Source: Delftia acidovorans NBRC 14950
GTDB lineage: Bacteria > Pseudomonadota > Gammaproteobacteria > Burkholderiales > Burkholderiaceae_C
Length of the DNA: 32,000 nucleotides
Assembly: GCF_001598795.1 (NCBI RefSeq)
Contig: NZ_BCZP01000042.1
Location: forward strand, 2,237-34,236
Reading direction: 5' to 3'
How positions within the stretch are numbered: the stretch's first letter is position 1; each line of letters starts with the position of its first letter. Shown here in pieces: positions 8,257 through 15,141 of this stretch. The notes beneath the pieces were generated by a model, which was given only the letters and a program-made list of their open reading frames with translations, was not told the DNA's origin and made no database searches. The translations under genes and the position numbers were made by a program.

Positions 8257-8297
8257 GCATGGCGGCCTGCCGCACATTTTGACGCTGCACCCCAAAT

Positions 8298-8333
8298 CAA
8301 TTAATATCCGTCCAGTCGGAAATAAATTAATTG
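8298..8333. promoter_or_regulatory. AT-rich inverted repeat CAATTAAT-N20-ATTAATTG upstream of the TetR gene (candidate operator/promoter)
   Basis: 8-bp perfect arms at 8298-8305 and 8326-8333. The inner dyad is tccg-tccag-tcgga. It is the only AT-rich stretch in this intergenic region and ends 4 nt before the ATG. Confidence 0.35.
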
Positions 8334-8336
8334 CTT

Positions 8337-8924
8337 ATGGGACGCACGCGTGTAATAGATCAGGACAAGCTGCTGGACGCGGCAGAAGTCGTTGTGGCTC
8401 GGGACGGGCCTGCGAAGCTGACGCTGGAGTCCGTCGCCACCGAAGCTGGCGTTAGCAAGGCGAGCGTGCTGTACGACCACCGGTCCAAGCAGGCTCTGAT
8501 CCAGGCGCTCGTTCAGCGGGCACTGGTCCGGGACAACGCCTTCAACTCCGAAGCGGCGGAGCGTCTCGGCGAGATCGATTCCCGGACTGTCCGCGGGCGG
8601 ATTGCCGCGGCCGCCGCTCCGCTGCCAACAGCACAACGTGCCGTTGCCCTGAGCCTCAGCGCCGCGCTGGTGCAGGACGCAAGTCTGCGCGAGTCGATGC
8701 AGGCGAATCAGGCTGCCGTCATCGACGCAGTACAGAGTGACGCGGCGCAACCAAGGGGCGCGCTGCTTGCCTACTTGGCGCTGGAAGGGCTCAAGCTGTT
8801 GGAGAGCTTGGACTTCCACACATTCCCGAAGGCGGAGCGAGATCGCTTGCTGCGCGAGATCGAAGGGCTGGTCGACCGGCCTGTCGCACTTGATTCATTC
8901 GTGAGACCTCAGCGGCCCCGCTGA
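8337..8924 (+). CDS. TetR/AcrR-family transcriptional regulator
   Basis: MGRTRVIDQDKLLDAAEVVVARDGPAKLTLESVATEAGVSKASVLYDHRSKQALIQALV is a TetR N-terminal HTH. The track start 8331 is a TTG two codons upstream. Confidence 0.85.
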   Translation: MGRTRVIDQDKLLDAAEVVVARDGPAKLTLESVATEAGVSKASVLYDHRSKQALIQALVQRALVRDNAFNSEAAERLGEIDSRTVRGRIAAAAAPLPTAQRAVALSLSAALVQDASLRESMQANQAAVIDAVQSDAAQPRGALLAYLALEGLKLLESLDFHTFPKAERDRLLREIEGLVDRPVALDSFVRPQRPR

Positions 8925-9007
8925 GGCGCTCTACCCCATATCAATTCCCATCCCGCCCGGGCCGACAAGACGGCCCGCGGACTAACCACGTCAGTACGTA
9001 TCGAGTC

Positions 9008-10066
9008 ATGAACGCTGTTGTCTCTAAATTGCCTGAATCGCATCCCGCACGATTGCCAGCCCGCCTGTTCCTGACGGGGGGAAGCGGCTATGTCGGTCGC
9101 AACCTGATCCGCCACTTCGTCTCGCAAGGTGTCGAAGTCATCGCGCTGGCGCGCAGCCCCGCTGCACAGGACACGATTCGCGCGTCAGGGGCGAATCCGT
9201 TCGAGGGAGATCTGCTGTCGGAGAATCTAGCCACCGGCATGGCGGGCTGCGATGCCCTGATTCACGCCGCAGCGGATACGGACCACGGTCTCTCCACGGA
9301 CGCACAGTTTCAGACGAACGTCATAGGTACGCGCCACGTGTTCGCAGCTGCTGCGCGAGCAGGCGTGCGGCGGGCTGTGCACCTGAGCACGGAGTCAGTG
9401 CTCCTAGACGGAAGCCCACTGGTGGACGCCGAAGAAAGCCGATCCATCCCCACCAGACCGGTCGGCGGCTACTCCGCCACGAAAGCTCTGGCGGAACGCG
9501 AGGCGATTGCCGCTGCGCGGCACGGACTAGACGTCGTCATCGTCCGCCCGCGCTTCATCTGGGGACGCGACGACACGACCGCGCTTCCGCAACTGCTGCA
9601 GGCTGTGGATGCTGGGAAGTTCGCCTGGATCGATGGTGGCCGCTATCGCACGTCAACGACGCACATCGGTAATCTGGTGCACGGTATCGAGCGCGCGCTG
9701 ATCGCTGGCGAGACGGGCGCCTGCTACTTCATCACAGATGACGACATCGTGGAGTTTCGTGCATTCATCAGCGCATTGCTACAAAGCCAAGGACGCTCTG
9801 TCCCGACCAAGGAGGTTCCGGGCTGGGTGGTACGGGCCGTGGCCAGCGTCTGCGAACGTCTGTCGTCACTGACCGGCGGACGGTGGCGCCCGCCGGTCAC
9901 CCGGCAGGCACTGGCGCCCTCGGCCGTTGAGGTGACGTTGAACATCGACAAGGCTCGACGCGAACTGGGCTACCAGCCGCAAATCTCGCGCGCGCAAGGG
10001 CTTGAGGAACTAACGCTCGAGGACCGAGGTGAAAAGGGGCACCTGACAAGGAGTAAGCTGACTTAG
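9008..10066 (+). CDS. NAD-dependent epimerase/dehydratase-family (extended SDR) protein
   Basis: Rossmann motif LFLTGGSGYVGRNLIRHFVSQGVEVIALARS. YSATK fits the catalytic YxxxK. Length of 352 aa is typical. Confidence 0.8.
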   Translation: MNAVVSKLPESHPARLPARLFLTGGSGYVGRNLIRHFVSQGVEVIALARSPAAQDTIRASGANPFEGDLLSENLATGMAGCDALIHAAADTDHGLSTDAQFQTNVIGTRHVFAAAARAGVRRAVHLSTESVLLDGSPLVDAEESRSIPTRPVGGYSATKALAEREAIAAARHGLDVVIVRPRFIWGRDDTTALPQLLQAVDAGKFAWIDGGRYRTSTTHIGNLVHGIERALIAGETGACYFITDDDIVEFRAFISALLQSQGRSVPTKEVPGWVVRAVASVCERLSSLTGGRWRPPVTRQALAPSAVEVTLNIDKARRELGYQPQISRAQGLEELTLEDRGEKGHLTRSKLT

Positions 10067-10161
10067 CCGATTCAATACGGCCGGATTGTTGATTTCCACG
10101 CACCCCCAGATTGCTTCGGTACTAACATGAAGCATAAAGGTGCTCTGAGGGCATCTTTTTG

Positions 10162-10446
10162 TCACTTGAGAATGGCAGCTTTGCAAGCTAGGAACTGAGG
10201 CCGAGTGAGGATTCCAGCCTGCCTAAGCATTTCCATGGCTTGTATTGCTTTGGCTGTCTGAGCGGCAGGTGATGCTTGGGAAGGTTGTACTACAGCTTTT
10301 TTCTCTGAAGATGACTTCCTTGGCTGATCCCCGAAATCGATGTACTTGACCTGCCATGGCGCGTATCCAACTGCTGCAGCCTCTGCAATTTCATCTGCAG
10401 AGTAGCCTTGGCTATGCATGTCATGTAGAAAGTCCCAGTCGCTCAT
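10162..10446 (-). CDS. Hypothetical small protein with SHOCT-like C-terminal motif
   Basis: ATG is preceded by AGAGGG. The C-terminus MEMLRQAGILTRPQFLACKAAILK resembles the SHOCT short C-terminal oligomerisation motif. Lies in an AT-richer segment. Confidence 0.5.
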   Translation of the reverse strand: MSDWDFLHDMHSQGYSADEIAEAAAVGYAPWQVKYIDFGDQPRKSSSEKKAVVQPSQASPAAQTAKAIQAMEMLRQAGILTRPQFLACKAAILK

Positions 10447-10474
10447 GTTGCGCCCTCTAGTTTTGGCTCTTTAC

Positions 10475-10503
10475 AGCGTACAGGATGCTTGGCGGATCGT
10501 CAA
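10475..10503 (-). promoter_or_regulatory. Candidate sigma-70 promoter for 10162..10446 (TTGACG-17 nt-TACGCT on the minus strand)
   Basis: -35 is at 10498-10503 and -10 at 10475-10480 in plus coordinates, with a 17-nt spacer, about 30 nt upstream of the ATG. Confidence 0.3.
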
Positions 10504-10679
10504 AATTGACCACAGCTAGCTTCAATGTCTGGAGGATGGCTGATCTTCAACTGTCACAGATCGCCCCTATGCTGACGTTCGAGTCTCGATGAGCAATGTC
10601 TGCTTTGCAGCGGTTGCAGCCGCTTATTGCAGCTGGGCGAACTACCGCTCACCTAGTCATAGCGCTCTTTCAGAGCGCC

Positions 10680-10708
10680 AAAACAGTCACTTCCCCAATG
10701 ACTGTTTT
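10680..10708. terminator. Perfect 10-bp hairpin AAAACAGTCA-(9 nt)-TGACTGTTTT, bidirectional terminator-like
   Basis: A4/T4 flanks form part of the stem. It lies 134 nt downstream of the stop of the 10843..11466 gene on the minus strand. A second hairpin (gcgctct-ttc-agagcgc) sits at about 10661-10677. Confidence 0.5.
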
Positions 10709-10842
10709 CAGGTCCGCAGCAGCCCCTCGCTAACAGGCAGTCACTGGGGATGCAGGAAGTCCGCTATCTCGGCCCGCGAATGAGTGCTGTCGACCCTTTC
10801 CTGACAAACGCTCTTGCCCAAAGCGGTCATTGGCGTCGCTCG

Positions 10843-11466
10843 TTAGCGGTCGTTCGACGTAAAGAGCGTTTGGTCGCCGGGATCGGTTACAACCGAAATC
10901 CCGGCCGCGTCGACCATTACCAGAAAGCCTTCAGGCAATACCAATGCCGCCGCGAGCTCGGGTCGCATCTTGAGCAACTGAAACGCGAAAACGGCTTCGA
11001 GCGCTGGAGCCAGCTCGCGAGGCCCTTGCTGGCCGATGAACCAGCCAGAATCGCCGTCGGTGGGACTGGGTGCGCTACGCACCATGAACAAATTGTCCGC
11101 ACTGAGGCATCCCTGGTCGATGACCACCTTGTCTTGAAAAGTGGTAGGAACGGGTTCGACGTCAATCTTCTTGGCGAATGAGATTTGATTGAAAAGGACC
11201 TGCAGCGCGTTGCTCACATCGGTCGTCTCGTCTTTGAACGGGTCCGCATCGACATCTGGCACGCAAACCGCGAGTTCATTTGAAGGCAGGCGTCGAAAGG
11301 ACATGAGCATGCTACCGACCTGCAGTCGCACTTCCTCGCCTACGCTTTGCCCAGACCCGTGGAGACGAGTCAGGCAGTCGAGCAACCATTCGGCGTGAAC
11401 AGCCATGCTGTCCGCACAAGCAACGGTTACCACCTCATCGCCGATCGCTGCATGTTTCTGAAGCAC
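10843..11466 (-). CDS. Hypothetical protein, C-terminal half DSGW-motif domain (possibly Imm33/DUF2185-like immunity-type domain)
   Basis: GTG start is preceded by GAAGGA at 5 nt. The C-terminal region reads ..SAPSPTDGDSGWFIGQQGPRELAPALEAVFAFQLLKMRPELAAALVLPEGFLVMVD. The family assignment is from memory and tentative. Confidence 0.6.
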   Translation of the reverse strand: MLQKHAAIGDEVVTVACADSMAVHAEWLLDCLTRLHGSGQSVGEEVRLQVGSMLMSFRRLPSNELAVCVPDVDADPFKDETTDVSNALQVLFNQISFAKKIDVEPVPTTFQDKVVIDQGCLSADNLFMVRSAPSPTDGDSGWFIGQQGPRELAPALEAVFAFQLLKMRPELAAALVLPEGFLVMVDAAGISVVTDPGDQTLFTSNDR

Positions 11467-11790
11467 TTCAATCCTTCATCTTCTGAACACAATGTCTGCT
11501 GTTGGCCGAATTCTGCCTCACGCGTCGGGGGCTACGCGCCCGGACCGGCCATCGATGTCCGTTCTTTGAACGTCGGCAACCGCTGCAAAGCCGCCACACA
11601 CAACCCACAGATCAGCATCACCAAATGGGTCGATATCAGATCAGAAGCTAGACGACTGGCCAAGCCAGCGGATCAGTTCCGAGGGAGAGCCCAATTGCTT
11701 GGCTCTGCGACTGACCCATTCCAAGCGTATGCACAAGGCATTCAAGTTCCCGCGACGGATGAAAGATTCAGCCATCAAGACAGGACAGAC

Positions 11791-12450
11791 TCAGAGCTTG
11801 GCCCCGACCCATATGGCTCGCCCTTGCACCAGGCCCTCAGCCTTCCCGGCAATGACGATATCCGGGTGCTCGCCCTTATCAGCGTTGTCGGCCACGGCAT
11901 GCCAAACATCGCCCACCCGCTGAAAGCGCCGCACAAGCATCTGCCCTTCCCACGCGAATGCATAGACGCTGCCACGGCGCGGCGTTTGATCCGCACGATT
12001 GAGCAAGAGCACGGCACCGTCCCGGATCGTGGGCTCCATGCTGGTTCCTGCCACATGGACGAGGGCCGCGTTCACCGGGCTGACGCCGATAGCACGCAGA
12101 AAATCGCGTCGGAACTGGAGAGCCCCGAGTTCCTCGACAAGATTGGTTTTTCGAGAGCGTTCGGGCGCGGCTTCAGCATCCAGGCGGACGAGTTGGATGA
12201 AGTCCTCACCTTCCGCGACACGGCCTCGCAACAAGGTATCGACGTCCACGCTGAAGTAATCAGCAAACTTCTGCAGTGACTCCATTCGCACGCCAGTTTC
12301 CCCGCCAACGATGCGCTGCAAAGTGCCCTGCCCGATGTCGAATCCAGCATTCTTCATGTCACTACGCAGGCGCCCGATCGCCTTGCCCTTGATCATCAGG
12401 GCAGCGTTTTCGGCCAATGTTGCGTTCACGAAGCTGCGCATGGGCAGCAT
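11791..12450 (-). CDS. CI/LexA-like repressor 1: XRE-type HTH + peptidase S24 domain
   Basis: The N-terminus carries an HTH (..GFDIGQGTLQRIVGGETGVRMESLQKFADYFSVDVDTLL). The C-terminus is S24-like (VHVAGTSMEPTIRDGAVLLLN ... GQMLVRRFQRV). Confidence 0.85.
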   Translation of the reverse strand: MLPMRSFVNATLAENAALMIKGKAIGRLRSDMKNAGFDIGQGTLQRIVGGETGVRMESLQKFADYFSVDVDTLLRGRVAEGEDFIQLVRLDAEAAPERSRKTNLVEELGALQFRRDFLRAIGVSPVNAALVHVAGTSMEPTIRDGAVLLLNRADQTPRRGSVYAFAWEGQMLVRRFQRVGDVWHAVADNADKGEHPDIVIAGKAEGLVQGRAIWVGAKL

Positions 12451-12465
12451 TCTTTGGTCTTGCTA

Positions 12466-12479
12466 TACCGATTTCGGTA
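12466..12479. promoter_or_regulatory. Inverted repeat TACCGA-TT-TCGGTA, 16 nt upstream of the repressor 1 start (candidate operator)
   Basis: 6-bp perfect arms. On the minus strand it abuts a TATAGC -10-like hexamer. It shares the 11-mer CCGAAATCGGT with 14090-14100. Confidence 0.4.
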
Positions 12480-12634
12480 CGATAGAGTTAGTGCAAATTC
12501 ACTTGAATTCGCCAGTTTTGAAGAGCCAGCCTATGGCTCAACTTAAAACTTCTCATACCGCGTTCGGTGAAGCTGTCCAAACTCTGGATCAACTTGGCCG
12601 CACAAGCTTCAACTAGACGCAGACGCCTACATCC

Positions 12635-13351
12635 ATGCACATCACCCACCACTTCACCCCTGGCCTGCGCTTCGCTGCGCAATGGAAGTACGCCGCCCGC
12701 GCGCCATCGGGCCGGGCCTGTTGGTCGCGGCTGCCGCTGGGGCAGCCTGATGCGGGCAGGGCTGATCCGCATGGCGCCTGGTGGTGTGTGCGGCGCTGCG
12801 CTGCCGTGCTGCGGCGGGAGATGTGGCAGTCGGTGAATCTGCCTTCAGACATACCTTTGCGGCCGGGGCCGGAAGATGTGGCGCTGGCCCTGAACGCGCT
12901 GATGCCGCGCTGGCAGGTACAACTGAGCGCAGGGGCCGGGCACATGTCCATGCAGTCCTGCACCCAGGCAGTGATGGCCGGGGGCGGAGCGGTGCTGCAA
13001 CTGCAGTCAGAGGCGCTGCACCAGCGGCCGCAGAGCACGTTCTGGGCCTGGGTGATTGGCGTGGAGATGCATCAGAAGATGCGGCCCGCGCCGGTGAAGC
13101 CATGGCCCGCAAGCCGCGCGCCCCGCCCTGTCGCGCTGCTGACCATTCCCTTTGGCTGGAGCATGCCCTGGGCCTGCGGCTATGCGGCGCGGGTGCAGAT
13201 GAACAGCGACGGGCGCTGCGATGTGGATGGCATTGACGGGCAGTGGCGCGAGTGCCGCTGCCTTGCCGCCGTGACGCTGTCGCCCGCGCAAGACGTGCAA
13301 CGCGGCCAACACGGCCATGCCGGCCTCCTGCAGGGGTACCCACTGTGTTGA
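12635..13351 (+). CDS. Unknown-family paralog A (238 aa)
   Basis: ATG ORF. Aligns along its full length with the products of 14391..15104, 15142..15885 and 15908..16594. Shared blocks include GLRF..W.Y, DP.GAWWCVRRCAAVL, FWAWVIGVE, ALLTIPFG and CLAAVTL. Confidence 0.8.
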   Translation: MHITHHFTPGLRFAAQWKYAARAPSGRACWSRLPLGQPDAGRADPHGAWWCVRRCAAVLRREMWQSVNLPSDIPLRPGPEDVALALNALMPRWQVQLSAGAGHMSMQSCTQAVMAGGGAVLQLQSEALHQRPQSTFWAWVIGVEMHQKMRPAPVKPWPASRAPRPVALLTIPFGWSMPWACGYAARVQMNSDGRCDVDGIDGQWRECRCLAAVTLSPAQDVQRGQHGHAGLLQGYPLC

Positions 13352-13440
13352 TGCCTGCCCGCGTCGGAAGATTTTCCCAAGCCGCTTGTCGCTTGCCACC
13401 ATCCATGAACCACGGGCGCGGTGCCAGGGCTTCGGCCCTG

Positions 13441-14106
13441 CTACCTGGCCTGGAGCCGCCGGCGATGCTCCACCACGGTGCCGCGCAACTGCAGTGCCTG
13501 CTCGTCGCTGCACAGTGTGGGATGGTCTTCGTTGAGCGGCACCAGCTCGAAGATTTCCGCACCGGCCTTGTCCAGGCCGCGCACCCGGTACTTGCGCAAG
13601 ATGGACTGTTGCCGGCAGTCGGTGGCCAGCACGCAGTCCCCGGGCCGCGGCGTCAGGGCTGGATCGATGAGCACGCGGTCCCCTTCCCGGATTTCCGGGG
13701 CCATGGCGTTGTCTTCCAATCGCACGAAGAACGCACGAGGCGATGCGTTGTCGCTGGCGACTTCGATGCCCAGGAACTGCTCGTCGTCGGCATCGCCCAT
13801 GGCGTCTTCTGCGCTGCGGCCGCCGGCCTGCTGCAGGCCAAGCAGCGGGTAGCGGCGTGTGCCCTGGGGCAGTTGGCGCTGCAGCGCTGCGGCATCGGCC
13901 GACATGGGGCCCTTGCCGCATTCCAGCCACAGGGCCGAGACACCGCACAGGGACGCGAGCGTGGCTGTTTTGGAGGTGCCGCTTCCGCTTCTCTCAAGGT
14001 CAGCAATGGTCGATTGCCCCATGCCCGCCTGGCGGCCCAGCTGCGCTTGGGTAAGACCCGCGAGACTGCGAGCGCTTTTGAGACGTTGGCCGAAATCGGT
14101 TGACAT
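13441..14106 (-). CDS. CI/LexA-like repressor 2: XRE-type HTH + peptidase S24-like domain
   Basis: MSTDFGQRLKSARSLAGLTQAQLGRQAGMGQSTIADLERSGSGTSKTATLASLCGVSALWL is an XRE HTH. The C-terminus reads FFVRLEDNAMAPEIREGDRVLIDP ... SILRKYRV, which is S24-like. Confidence 0.85.
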   Translation of the reverse strand: MSTDFGQRLKSARSLAGLTQAQLGRQAGMGQSTIADLERSGSGTSKTATLASLCGVSALWLECGKGPMSADAAALQRQLPQGTRRYPLLGLQQAGGRSAEDAMGDADDEQFLGIEVASDNASPRAFFVRLEDNAMAPEIREGDRVLIDPALTPRPGDCVLATDCRQQSILRKYRVRGLDKAGAEIFELVPLNEDHPTLCSDEQALQLRGTVVEHRRRLQAR

Positions 14107-14170
14107 GCTCCGTAGCTTACGGAAAACCGATATGTCAAATTCGATTGTAAAAAAATCGACTTTTCGATAG
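14090..14170. promoter_or_regulatory. Switch region between repressor 2 and the Cro-like gene: dyads and repeated TCGA half-sites
   Basis: CCGAAATCGGT at 14090-14100. CCGTA-gct-TACGG at 14110-14122. TCGATT-N7-AATCGA at 14141-14159. Further half-sites are aaccgata at 14126-14133 and tttcgata at 14162-14169. This 73-bp intergenic region is the AT-richest stretch locally. Confidence 0.45.
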
Positions 14171-14179
14171 CATGAAACT

Positions 14180-14413
14180 ATGGAATGGAAAGACTACCTC
14201 GCCAGACTTGCTGCGAAGGGTGTCAGTCAAAGCCAGATCGCCCGCGAAGTGGGCTGCGGTCAAGCAACGATTTCTGACCTCGCATTGGGCAAGACCAAAG
14301 AGCCGCGCACATCCCTGGGTATGGCGCTCATGCGCATCGGGGACCGCTGCGGCATCAAGACTCCGTACGGTGCCCCGCCTTCGGCACACGATGATGAGAG
14401 GTCCTGTGGCTGA
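14180..14413 (+). CDS. Cro-like small HTH DNA-binding protein (77 aa)
   Basis: MEWKDYLARLAAKGVSQSQIAREVGCGQATISDLALGKTKEP.. is a single HTH of the Cro/YdaS type. It is divergent from a CI-like repressor, the classic immunity-switch geometry. Confidence 0.75.
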   Translation: MEWKDYLARLAAKGVSQSQIAREVGCGQATISDLALGKTKEPRTSLGMALMRIGDRCGIKTPYGAPPSAHDDERSCG

Positions 14414-15104
14414 GACCACGCACCTCACCCACCGCTTCACCCGAGGGCTTCGCTTTGACGGACTGTGGACCTACTCGGCGCTCACGCCTTCAGGCCGAGC
14501 CTATTGGGCACGACTGCCGGCAACCCGGGCAGGCGGCATGGCTGCAGCAGATCCACAGCGGGCCTGGTGGTGCGTGCGCCAGTGCGTTGCAGTGCTCAAT
14601 CGCAGGCCCTGGCGTTCCGCGCATCTGCCCTCGGGCCTGCCTGCGCAGCCGGAATGTGGCGATGTGGCGCTGGCCCTGGGCGCAATGCTTGCGGACTGGA
14701 ACGTGAAGGTGCTCGATGACCCCTCGACACAGGCGCCGCTGCTGCGCAGCACCGATGCGCTGCTTGCCGGTGGCTGCTCTTTGCTGCAACTGCAGACCGA
14801 GGATTCAAGCGATGGCGTGCAAGCCGTTTTCTGGGCCTGGGTGATCGGCGTGGAAATGCACGAGAGGTTCCAGCGCGCCAAGCGCATTTCAGCCTTTGAC
14901 ATGCCCGGGCGTCCTAGCGCGCTGCTGATCTGGCCCTTCGGCTCGCCCCTGGCATGGAATCACGCCTTGAGGGTGACGGTGGATGGCGAGGGGCTGTGTG
15001 ATGTGGATGGCCTGGATGCGCGCGCAAGCCGGTACCGCTGCACGGCGGCCATCACGCTGGAGCCACTGAGCAACGACATTGCCATCAACGGCAGCTTCTC
15101 CTGA
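14391..15104 (+). CDS. Unknown-family paralog B (237 aa from ATG 14391; alternative GTG 14406)
   Basis: Homology to paralog A begins at THLTHRFTRGLRFDGLWTY. AGAGG lies just upstream of GTG 14406. The start overlaps the end of the Cro-like gene. The track ORF start 14172 is an out-of-frame overlap with the Cro-like gene and is rejected. Confidence 0.8.
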   Translation: MMRGPVAETTHLTHRFTRGLRFDGLWTYSALTPSGRAYWARLPATRAGGMAAADPQRAWWCVRQCVAVLNRRPWRSAHLPSGLPAQPECGDVALALGAMLADWNVKVLDDPSTQAPLLRSTDALLAGGCSLLQLQTEDSSDGVQAVFWAWVIGVEMHERFQRAKRISAFDMPGRPSALLIWPFGSPLAWNHALRVTVDGEGLCDVDGLDARASRYRCTAAITLEPLSNDIAINGSFS

Positions 15105-15136
15105 CCGGCTTTTTCTGACCGGCTTTTCCTGACCCG
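15101..15136. repeat. 14-bp tandem repeat x2.5: CTGACCGGCTTTTT / CTGACCGGCTTTTC / CTGACCCG
   Basis: Read directly from the sequence. The first TGA (15102-15104) is the stop of paralog B. TGAs at 15102, 15116 and 15130 fall in all three frames. Confidence 0.9.
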
Positions 15137-15141
15137 ATGAA

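Noticed and set aside
11641-11775. 44-aa ORF (MAESFIRRGNLNALCIRLEWVSRRAKQLGSPSELIRWLGQSSSF) just downstream of repressor 1
   Set aside because: It is too short and has no recognisable family or SD. It could be the remnant of an HTH gene, but the evidence is insufficient.
12654-13948. Minus-strand ORFs 12654..13562 (302 aa) and 13007..13948 (313 aa), plus several overlapping ORFs
   Set aside because: Their translations are extremely Arg/Ala/Pro-rich and low in complexity. They lie antisense to paralog A or out of frame with the well-supported repressor 2. They show no conservation with the corresponding regions of paralogs B-D.
14172-14390. N-terminal 73-aa extension of the 14172..15104 ORF
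   Set aside because: It overlaps the Cro-like HTH gene in another frame. Homology to the other paralogs begins only after residue ~80. An internal ATG (14391) and an SD-preceded GTG (14406) are available.
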